Shown in pieces: positions 9,118 to 17,764 of a stretch of DNA of 64,000 nucleotides. The notes under the pieces were generated by a model, which had not been told where the DNA came from, did not search any database, and saw only the letters and a program-made list of their open reading frames with translations. Source of the stretch: an uncultured delta proteobacterium (GTDB taxonomy: Bacteria; Desulfobacterota; RBG-13-43-22); NCBI GenBank assembly GCA_963790475.1, contig CAWBOS010000010.1, positions 1,152,001 to 1,216,000 on the forward strand, read 5' to 3'. Position 1 is the first letter of the stretch. The number at the start of each line of letters is the position of its first letter. The position numbers and the translations under genes are program-made.

Positions 9118-11184
9118 TTAATAAACCATGTGACTATCGATCAATTCTGCCAGATCAATGACCTGCATTTCTCCTTCCATCCCACTGGTTTTAATCCCAT
9201 CTTCGATTTGGACCAGGCAGAAGGGACAAGCGGTCACAATTACCTGAACGCCGGCCTGTCTGGCCAGGTCCACTCTGATCCGTCCCATCCTCTTTTCTTC
9301 TACGGGCTCATAGAAAAGGGCCAAACCGCCGCCCCCGCAACAAAAAGACCTATCCCGGCAACGGGCCATTTCCACCCTCTTTATCCCCGGAATGGCATCG
9401 ATCACCGCCCTTGGTTCTTCGTAGATCCCATTGTGTCGTCCAAGATAACAGGAATCATGATAAGTATAAATTATGTCGGGGTCTTCCACCCCCCGTAAGG
9501 AAACCTTTCCGGATTTTATCTTTTCTTCCAGAATTTGTGAGATATGTAAAACAGGCAGATTTAGATGATAGTCGTGTTTTAAGGCATTTAAGGCATGCGG
9601 ATCAGAGGTAACGATGCTCTCGACGCCGGTATTGGAAATGGCCAGGGTATTCTTTTTCTTCAGATTGATAAAGAGCATTTCCTCTCCAAATCGTCTTACT
9701 TCATGTCCGCTGTCTCTTTCTTCGGCCCCGAGAATCCCAAAATCAATATTAGCCGCTTTGAGAAGGCGGGCCGTTGCTTGAGCGATCTTCAGTGCCCGGT
9801 CATCATAGGAGGTAACACTATCGACAAAATAAAGGGTTCTGGAGGTTTCATCCCGCCCGATAATTTTTACCGAAGAAGTTTCCGAGAGACCTTTAACCCA
9901 GTCCCCCCTCTTTTTTTCGGTTATTCCATAGGGATTCCCTCGTTTTTCGATTAACTTGAGAGGCTTTTGAAGGGAAGGGGGAACCAGGCCGTTGTCCACC
10001 AGGCCTCTTCTCAAATCCACTATCTTGTCGATGTATTCGATCATGAGCGGACATTCTGCCTCGCAAGCCCCGCAAGTCGTGCAGGACCAGATTTCATCTT
10101 CTTCGAGGACCTGACCGACCAAAGACCTTCCAGCTCCCCTTTCCCCTCGGACAAGGGGATTTTTTTCAAAGACATGGTCGCGGCATTTGATGGTAAGAAA
10201 TCTGGGGGACAGGGGACGCCCGGCTGCATTAGCCGGGCACTGGTCGGAACACCTGCCGCAATCCGCACAGGAATAAAAATCGAGAATGTGCTTCCAGCTA
10301 AAATCCTCCATTTTTTTAACACCGACGGATTCGAGAGCTACTATTTTTGACTCGTCAAGCCCCCATCGGACGGGCTTCACGGTCCCCGGGTCGAGTTTCA
10401 TCAGAAAAATATTAGGCAGAGAGGTAATGACATGAAAATGTTTTCCCAGAGGTAGAAAACAAAGAAAGAAGAAAAAGAGAAGATCATGAAGGTAATAGGA
10501 GGTCAAATGAATACCTTGTAATGACGAAATAGAGGTTTTCTTAAATATCTGAGTGATCAGCCACACCCCTGTACCCGGAATAACAAGACCAGCCTGTAAT
10601 CCCTTCCGTATGCCGGCCGATGTCAGACTGGCTTCGAAAATCATATCGCACAGCATCAACCCGGATATAAGCACAAGCACGGCCAGGGCCTCTCCGGTGT
10701 GGGCTTTTCCATATTTGGCCGGCACCGCATATCGTCTTGGCTTAAAAAACCCTCGCCTGATTATGGCCATAATGCAGACAATCAAAACCACTGTGGCCGA
10801 TAGGTCTTTTAGTAAGGCGTAGGACCTGCCTAGGCCCCCCCCTAAACCAGGCAAAGTGAATCCTTCAAAAATACCTGAAAGAATCAGGGTGATCGACCTT
10901 AAGGACAAAATGACAAAGCCGGCAAAGATAAAGATATGAAGCATACCGGCGAACCGATATCTCGGTTGACGATACTGGAGGATGGCATACTTGAGAAGAC
11001 TAAAAAACCGTTCCGGGATGCGATCCAGACGAGGATCGGCTGCCGCGTTGAGCAACGGCCTTAAACGTCTCATCATGATGTAGGTAAACAGGGATAGTCC
11101 GATCACCGAAATCAGTATCGACCAGACGACGCCCGGAATACTCAGGATAGTTGCCTCAGCTGGCGAGATTAAATCTGTTTCCAT
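9118..11184 (-). CDS. Membrane Fe-S oxidoreductase, EMO/HdrF-like (ETF:menaquinone oxidoreductase type)
   Basis: N-terminal TM helices with His residues (GKHFH), two CxxCxxCxxxCP, degenerate first CCG domain (ERDSG), HDSCYLGR and FCCGGGG; adjacent to etfBA. Confidence 0.85.
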   Translation of the reverse strand: METDLISPAEATILSIPGVVWSILISVIGLSLFTYIMMRRLRPLLNAAADPRLDRIPERFFSLLKYAILQYRQPRYRFAGMLHIFIFAGFVILSLRSITLILSGIFEGFTLPGLGGGLGRSYALLKDLSATVVLIVCIMAIIRRGFFKPRRYAVPAKYGKAHTGEALAVLVLISGLMLCDMIFEASLTSAGIRKGLQAGLVIPGTGVWLITQIFKKTSISSLQGIHLTSYYLHDLLFFFFLCFLPLGKHFHVITSLPNIFLMKLDPGTVKPVRWGLDESKIVALESVGVKKMEDFSWKHILDFYSCADCGRCSDQCPANAAGRPLSPRFLTIKCRDHVFEKNPLVRGERGAGRSLVGQVLEEDEIWSCTTCGACEAECPLMIEYIDKIVDLRRGLVDNGLVPPSLQKPLKLIEKRGNPYGITEKKRGDWVKGLSETSSVKIIGRDETSRTLYFVDSVTSYDDRALKIAQATARLLKAANIDFGILGAEERDSGHEVRRFGEEMLFINLKKKNTLAISNTGVESIVTSDPHALNALKHDYHLNLPVLHISQILEEKIKSGKVSLRGVEDPDIIYTYHDSCYLGRHNGIYEEPRAVIDAIPGIKRVEMARCRDRSFCCGGGGLALFYEPVEEKRMGRIRVDLARQAGVQVIVTACPFCLVQIEDGIKTSGMEGEMQVIDLAELIDSHMVY

Positions 11185-11364
11185 TACTTAAATATTTTCA
11201 TTATTGCTTAAATCAAGTCAGATGAAAATGTCTCCTGACTTGGGATATCATTCAAGGACTGCATCTTTGAAAGATTTCAAGGCTAAAAGGATCTTGGCCC
11301 TCTATCGTTTATGATAAAGGGCCAAAATCCGACCATTCAAGTTTATGGGGTTTTCCAAAAGCTA

Positions 11365-13659
11365 TTACCCTTCTATCTCCAAACCTTTTCCTCCTGGCCG
11401 GAGCCAGTTTACGGGTCGGAGTTGTCTGGCAACAAGGCCTTCCTGCTTGAACTTGGGATAACCCAGAACCATAGCCGCCTGGATCCGCCATGGTTCTTGG
11501 AGGCCAAGCTTATCCTTCACATCGGCGATCAGTTCAACCGTTGCGCCGAAACCGGTCCAGCAAAAACCAAGTCCTAACGATTTGGCCGCCAGGTTCATGT
11601 TCTGTCCACAGATTCCGGCATGAAGTGGGGGACCTTGCAGTAGGTCATTGCAGGCCACAAAAATCACCGCCGGCGCTCCCAAAAAGACCGGCAACTCTTT
11701 CTTGACCACACTGCCCATCCCACCCTGAATGCGTGGATCAAATACACCGAAGGGAATGGGCTGTCCAAGCGATTGCACCAGGGTCATGACCATGGCCTCG
11801 TTATGGTACATGTTGTGCATCATGCTCAACAGGCCGTATAGGTCTTCCTCCATTTTGTTGATAAAATCCCGGTCGGTAACCACTACGAATTTCCAGGGCT
11901 GGTGGTTGCCGGCGCTTGGGGCGAACCGCCCGGCCTCCAGCACTCGTCGAATGAGCGGCTCGGGCACGGGGTCGGGTTTGAAATTACGAACACTCCTCCG
12001 CTCCAGAATGGTTTTTTCCACTTCAGTCCACTTATCGGGTTTTCCTTCTCCGTTTAAGGGTTGAAGCGGCATTTTGACTTGTGGATATCCGACATCAAAG
12101 AAACCTTCGTCGGCGTGATAAGGTTTGACAATGGAGATAGCCTCTACCGGGCAAGACACCATGCAGTTGAAACAGGAAAAACAGGCATTTTCATCTTTCA
12201 TCTTCGGCACTTCGTTTTCGTCCATTTCCCAACATTTAAAAGGGCAGTTCAAAAGACAAAGCCCGCAAGAGGTGCACTTGTCCGGATCGGCCATCATAAC
12301 ACCAACGTGCACTCCGATCGGGCGCAACATGGGTTTTAATTCTTCAAAGGTCGGACCGGTCGGGCCTTCGGCCGTCTGGGTCACCGGGGCCGTGCCTAAC
12401 TTGACATCCAGGACCAGACGGCCTTTTCCTAACCTTTCCGCACCATCAAGGGCCAGAGTCTCATTGGTGCCGTCCTCGACCAGGGCGGCGCGGGCGTCCC
12501 GGAAGAGCTTTTCAATGTGATACTCCTTGGACATTCCGTAGCCGCCAAAAATCTGAACTCCTTGGCTGGCCACTCTAAAGGCCGTTTCAGTGGAAAGGAC
12601 TTTGCTCGCCATAGAATAATGAACAGCCATGGGCTGTCCTTGCAAAAAAAGATCCGTATTATAAAGAGAAACTCGGCGGGCCAGAGACCGGGCCGCCTCG
12701 ATCGATACGAACATGTCAAAGAGTTTCAACCTTATATTTTGATGTTCAAAAATGGTCTTGCCACCCTGCACCCTCGATTTGGCATAGGCCAGTGCTTCCT
12801 CAAAGGCGGCTTGGGCGCAGCCAACAAAGCACAAACCCATCCAGCCGTTGGCTATACCCAACTGCATATTGGAAAACGTCTTATAAGTAGCCGGATCAGC
12901 AGCGATCATCATTTTTTTAGGAATTCTCACATTATCGAAAAAGATTTCCCCCTGATTTAGGGCCCTTTGGCCGAGCTTGTTTAAGGGTTTCCCCCGGGAA
13001 ATGCCGGGCAGGTCAAGAGGGAGAACGGCGATCCCTCCGCCTTCATTGCCCCGGGAGGGGTCCAAGGAAAGCCAGAGAGCAGCATACTTAGCCAGGGTGC
13101 CGTTGCTTACCCAGGAAGATTTTTGACCGTTAATCACATAGTGGTCACCATCCAGGACAGCCTGGACCTGATTGGCTAATTCAGGAACATTTCCGTATTC
13201 CCCCTCGAAACGGAGTGAATCCGATCCATGATTCGGTTCGGTGATGGCCCAACAACCGGTCATCGTACCTTTATCCGCCATAAATTGTCGAACCAAGTCC
13301 TGCATCTCCTGGTCCGGAGACATGGTGGCCCAGAAATAGGGGGTCGTGCAGCATCCGAAACTGACCGCCAGGTCGGAAGCCGCCCAGCCCATCAATTCTG
13401 TGACCAAGGCGAAACTCATGGGATCCGCCTCCATCCCTCCTACCGCTTTCGGAAATAACAGCCCGTGATAGCCCAACTCATAGGTTTGGCGCAACACATC
13501 CCACAATGCTGAACCTTCGGCGATCACATCGGCTGGATCAGCCAGTTTATCCAGCTCAATGGCCGCGGGACGCCAGACCTTTTGAACAAATTCTTTGGTG
13601 GATTTCCAAAGGGCCACATGTTGTTTGTTTAGATCAATGTTCAGATCTCTTAATCCCAT
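11365..13659 (-). CDS. Fusion: acyl-CoA dehydrogenase + 2x[4Fe-4S] ferredoxin + nitroreductase domain
   Basis: ACAD motifs (CWAITEPNHGSD, GQKSSWVSNG, IFGGYG, EKLFRDAR); CTSCGLCLLNCP and CFSCFNCMVSCP; RRSVRNF, APSAGNHQPW, LAAKSLGLG and LGYP; single uninterrupted frame. Confidence 0.9.
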   Translation of the reverse strand: MGLRDLNIDLNKQHVALWKSTKEFVQKVWRPAAIELDKLADPADVIAEGSALWDVLRQTYELGYHGLLFPKAVGGMEADPMSFALVTELMGWAASDLAVSFGCCTTPYFWATMSPDQEMQDLVRQFMADKGTMTGCWAITEPNHGSDSLRFEGEYGNVPELANQVQAVLDGDHYVINGQKSSWVSNGTLAKYAALWLSLDPSRGNEGGGIAVLPLDLPGISRGKPLNKLGQRALNQGEIFFDNVRIPKKMMIAADPATYKTFSNMQLGIANGWMGLCFVGCAQAAFEEALAYAKSRVQGGKTIFEHQNIRLKLFDMFVSIEAARSLARRVSLYNTDLFLQGQPMAVHYSMASKVLSTETAFRVASQGVQIFGGYGMSKEYHIEKLFRDARAALVEDGTNETLALDGAERLGKGRLVLDVKLGTAPVTQTAEGPTGPTFEELKPMLRPIGVHVGVMMADPDKCTSCGLCLLNCPFKCWEMDENEVPKMKDENACFSCFNCMVSCPVEAISIVKPYHADEGFFDVGYPQVKMPLQPLNGEGKPDKWTEVEKTILERRSVRNFKPDPVPEPLIRRVLEAGRFAPSAGNHQPWKFVVVTDRDFINKMEEDLYGLLSMMHNMYHNEAMVMTLVQSLGQPIPFGVFDPRIQGGMGSVVKKELPVFLGAPAVIFVACNDLLQGPPLHAGICGQNMNLAAKSLGLGFCWTGFGATVELIADVKDKLGLQEPWRIQAAMVLGYPKFKQEGLVARQLRPVNWLRPGGKGLEIEG

Positions 13660-13755
13660 AGTAAGCCTCCTTTTTTGGTTTGATTAATTAGTTAGCCATT
13701 TAAGACGACAGTCTTAACTAAAACCAAGAAACGGATAGACCCTCTTCCGGACTTA

Positions 13756-15009
13756 TCATTTTTTAAGAATAGTTACGGATAAAGCCGCCTCGGAGCCGCC
13801 CACGCTACCACCGGCATTCTGGGCCAGGGCCGCTTTGGCGCCTTCCACCTGCCTTTTACCGACCCGACCGCCGCCAGCCAGGTGCCGATAAAGCTCCACC
13901 ACCTGGCGCACCCCTGTCGCTCCGATGGGATGGCCCTGGGACTCCAGGCCTCCGGACACGTTTATCGGCAGCTTGCCGCCTAAAGTGCTATGTCCCGCCT
14001 CGGCAAAAAGGCCGCCTTCCCCCAGTCCGCAGAAACCCAGTTCCTCGGAAGCATACAGCTCCCCAATGGCTGTGGCGTCGTGGACTTCAGCCAGGTTGAT
14101 ATCTTGCGGACCGATACCGGCTCGTTCGTAAGCCGCTTTGGCTAACCGCGCCAGGGTACTCTCTTTGCCTTCTCTGGAGGGATCCTCACCACTGGCCAGC
14201 ATACAGGCCGCTATCTCCACCCCATGGCTGACGCCGATCTTCCGAGCATACTCCTCGGAACAAATAACCAGCGCAGCAGTACCATCACCGATAGGGGAGC
14301 ACATCGGTCTGGTCAGGGGCCAGGCCACCTCCGGAGCCTGCAGCACCTCTTCCACGGTGTACAGGTTTTGGTACTGGGCCAATGGGTTCAGGGAGGAATG
14401 GTAGTGGTTCTTGGAAGAAATCGCAGCCAACTGCCGCTGGGTGGTCCCGTACTTCTTCATGTGGTTTCTAGCCATGATTGCATAGACATCCATGAAAACG
14501 GAGCGCTGCCCGGACTTCTGCTTCTCGCCTTCACCCCGGGCTATCCGCTCTTTCTTGATCTTTTCCTCTTGTTCGGAGAATAATTGCATAAGCTGAGGCA
14601 GGATCTCCACGTCCAGACAGCCTATAAAGGCGGGCAACACCTTGCTTCGGTCCTCGAAGTACATCTTTTCCATGCCCACGACCAGGGCCACCTCCATCTC
14701 CCCGAGGGCCACCATGGCCCGTGCCCCGTGAAGGGCTGTGGCCGAAGAGGCACAGGCGTTTTCGACGTTGATCACCGGGATGCCCCCGATACCCATGGCC
14801 CGCATAACCACCTGGCCGCGGATGGATTCCTGACCCATTAAAACGCCCTGGGAGGCGTTGCCGACCCAGACCCCCTCAATCCGTTCCTTGGACAGGCCGG
14901 CGTCTTCGAGGGCCTCATTGACCGCCTCGGCCACCAGGGACTTTAAATTACGGTCCATATGGCGGCCGAACTTGGTCATGCCTCCGCCGATTATCTTGAC
15001 TTTACGCAT
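13756..15009 (-). CDS. Thiolase, SCP-x/non-specific lipid-transfer type
   Basis: VENACASSATA, CSPIGDG, AEVHDA and NVSGGLESQGHPIGATG motifs. Confidence 0.9.
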   Translation of the reverse strand: MRKVKIIGGGMTKFGRHMDRNLKSLVAEAVNEALEDAGLSKERIEGVWVGNASQGVLMGQESIRGQVVMRAMGIGGIPVINVENACASSATALHGARAMVALGEMEVALVVGMEKMYFEDRSKVLPAFIGCLDVEILPQLMQLFSEQEEKIKKERIARGEGEKQKSGQRSVFMDVYAIMARNHMKKYGTTQRQLAAISSKNHYHSSLNPLAQYQNLYTVEEVLQAPEVAWPLTRPMCSPIGDGTAALVICSEEYARKIGVSHGVEIAACMLASGEDPSREGKESTLARLAKAAYERAGIGPQDINLAEVHDATAIGELYASEELGFCGLGEGGLFAEAGHSTLGGKLPINVSGGLESQGHPIGATGVRQVVELYRHLAGGGRVGKRQVEGAKAALAQNAGGSVGGSEAALSVTILKK

Positions 15010-15035
15010 GGAATTTTTCTCCTTTCTCAGAATAA

Positions 15036-16643
15036 TTAATAGAAATTTTTAAGCGGAAAGACATTTTCGGATTCCGGATTGAATGCTTCCCGCAGCAGCC
15101 GGTCGAGATTTTTCTCTGAAGCGGACTTTGGTATTTCCTGGACCACCTGAATATAGGTCGGCACGCTGTTACGGTCCAGGTTGGTCCGGCAAAGTTCGAA
15201 GATACTTCTGATGTCGGGTGTGCGCCCTTCAGTGGGGACGATAGCAGCCACCAGGTCGCTTTCACCCGGAGCACCGGAGGCAGCCGGAACCCCATAAACG
15301 CAGATGTCGGTCACGTCGGAATGCTGGGCGATCACGCCCTCAACGAACTCGGGCATAATGAAGTCCCCCTGACGCCTCAGTCCCCCGCCTTTGCGGAAGT
15401 CGAAATAGAGCCAGCCGTCAGCGTCTTTGTGGACCATGTCGCCTGAGCGCAGCCAGCCCCCGCGGGTCTTGGCCTCGGAGGCCTCTTTCTTGCCGTGGTA
15501 TTCCACTTCTGTCTCCCCCATAACCGCACGGGAAAGGAGTTCTCCGATCTCACCGGGCTGACATTCACTATCATCTTCCCGGACCACTTTCATCTCCATA
15601 ATCCCCTCCAGGGGTTTGCCGAATGAGCCGACAGGGCCGACTCCGGGCGGTTTGTGGGCAAAGCCCCCTTCCACCGCCCCATACCATTCATGTATCTTGA
15701 CCTTAAAGCGCTGTTCAAAGGCCTCCCAGATACTTCGTGGTGTCCCCGCGCTGAGGACGACCTTGATCGGATTATCTCTATCGTCGGGCCGGGCGGGCTC
15801 GGAATAAATACCCATCATCATCCCCCCCAAGAGCGAAAAAGTTGTACAACCATAGCGCCGACAGACATCCCAGATGCGGCTCTTGGTGAATTTACGGGAA
15901 ATCACGGCCGGGATGGAACGGAACAAGGCCGGATTCAGAGTCACCGCCTGAGCGTTTCCGTGAGTCAAGGAGAGCCCGGTGTACAGTTTGTCCTCCGGGG
16001 TGTACTGCCAGACGAGATCGGCCAGCAAGACGTAGCCCTGCAGGCGATCGGCCCGCATGCGAACACCCTTGGGATTACCGGTGGTGCCGGAGGTATAGAT
16101 GATCATGAAGTAGTCCCGCGTTGATTGACCATCGGGATCAAACATCATCGCTTGGGAGCCTTCCAGGACTTCTTTCAGGTCCGGATACTTAGGAGAGACC
16201 GGAATACCAAACTCAGGGTTATACAAACAGCCGATGGTTTTTACATCGGGCATCCAGGAAAGGGCTTCGTCCATGGAGTCCATAAATTCAGCAGCAAAGA
16301 TAACGCCTTTGCTACCCGAGTCTCTTATCTGATACCTTAGCTTTTCCCCTTTGGATCTAGGATCAATCGGGACGAGTACGGTCCCTAAGACCGACGCGGC
16401 ATACATGGACAGAACGACCTCCGGATGATTACGCATCACAATGGAAAAAGTGTCCCCGCGGACAAAACCCAATTTTTCCATGGCTCGGGCCAACCTGGTG
16501 CCCTTGAAGACCAGATCGGCATAGGTGAGAATCTCATCCGGGTGGGGGTGATTTTCAAAGGTCACCACGGGGAAATCGGGGTTATCTTCCGCCTTGGCCA
16601 TCATGTCAAAAGCCAGGACTCCTGGAATTTTGCTTTCAGTCAT
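15036..16643 (-). CDS. AMP-forming acyl-CoA ligase (CaiC-like)
   Basis: YTSGTTGNPKG, HGNAQ, EWYGAVEGG and GWLRSGD motifs. Confidence 0.9.
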   Translation of the reverse strand: MTESKIPGVLAFDMMAKAEDNPDFPVVTFENHPHPDEILTYADLVFKGTRLARAMEKLGFVRGDTFSIVMRNHPEVVLSMYAASVLGTVLVPIDPRSKGEKLRYQIRDSGSKGVIFAAEFMDSMDEALSWMPDVKTIGCLYNPEFGIPVSPKYPDLKEVLEGSQAMMFDPDGQSTRDYFMIIYTSGTTGNPKGVRMRADRLQGYVLLADLVWQYTPEDKLYTGLSLTHGNAQAVTLNPALFRSIPAVISRKFTKSRIWDVCRRYGCTTFSLLGGMMMGIYSEPARPDDRDNPIKVVLSAGTPRSIWEAFEQRFKVKIHEWYGAVEGGFAHKPPGVGPVGSFGKPLEGIMEMKVVREDDSECQPGEIGELLSRAVMGETEVEYHGKKEASEAKTRGGWLRSGDMVHKDADGWLYFDFRKGGGLRRQGDFIMPEFVEGVIAQHSDVTDICVYGVPAASGAPGESDLVAAIVPTEGRTPDIRSIFELCRTNLDRNSVPTYIQVVQEIPKSASEKNLDRLLREAFNPESENVFPLKNFY

Positions 16644-17003
16644 TTTTCCCTCCTTGACCCTATTGGGTCATACAATCTGTTGAAAACAACCCTTGTCTCA
16701 AACATTCTCGTCGTTGCAGACAAAGGCCAATAGGATTTTTCAAACAGTTCAGAAGGTCCGCCGGGACCATATTTCCCGATCGCTATTAAAGGTGGCGGCC
16801 AAAATTCTATCTGTGGCTGTGGTGACTACAACTTTGGGCGCCTTAAGCCGGCCGCATCGTCGTGACCGCCGGGGATGTAAAATGTGAATTTTAGAATCTT
16901 GTAGTCAGGATCCATGATATCCTCTGCCTAAGAAAAAGTATTGTAAAATCATAATACACAAGATTAGATAGAAAATAACTTTCCATTCTTTTGATATCTG
17001 GTT

Positions 17004-17086
17004 TTTGTATTTTGTGCCAAAATATTTGTCAATGTTTTTAAAATGTTTCATATTGATTTTATCTTACTATAAAACATTTTTTTGTT
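17004..17086 (-). promoter_or_regulatory. Sigma70-like promoter (TTGACA-17-TACAAA) plus TGTTTCAT-N17-ATAAAACA-N6-TGTT candidate operator
   Basis: -35 at 17032-17027; motif boxes at 17044, 17069 and 17083. Confidence 0.6.
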
Positions 17087-17764
17087 TTTTGAGTGACCCA
17101 TAATCCTTAACAATAGTCCTATTCTGAGAAAGAACGCCAAATCGGGTAGATATTGGATAAAAGGAGTAAATGGGGAGGTAAGGGAGCAGCAAACGATGGT
17201 ATTGAAGAAGTACTGAAATCTATCCCAACACCGCCTTACCTGCGTTTCCTTTCTGCCATACAACAAAAACTCCTCGTCTAAGTCTCCACTTACGCCGGGT
17301 CAAGTAAAAAAAACAAATCTGAAGTAATTAACCGATAACTCTTTGGACTATATCAGATCCGGTCTGTTTTCGTGGCCTGGCTCCGCCGTTGGCCTGGCCA
17401 GGAATTTTGGGTGTTTGTTCCAAATTTCTACCATCTCTTCCCTCTATCCTTTACAAAAAATTATATTTAGTGTCTCAACATCGTGTTAAGATAGCCTTTA
17501 ATTTTATTAAAATATTTCATTAAAAGGGGATATCTTTGACTTAGCTCATAAAAACTATATGAATTTTATAGACATAGTCATCGGGGTCAGCCCTTTGTAC
17601 GACACTACTTGAGATCCGGAATAATTATGAGGCCTATAAATCGGGCGTGAGCTTGTCCGAATCCGGGCATTTGATTCCAACGGGTCTTCTAAAATCTTGT
17701 CAATGCCGGGTGCAACTTTCTTTAAAAAAATTTTCCATCTAAAAATCAAGAAGGAGAAAATATT

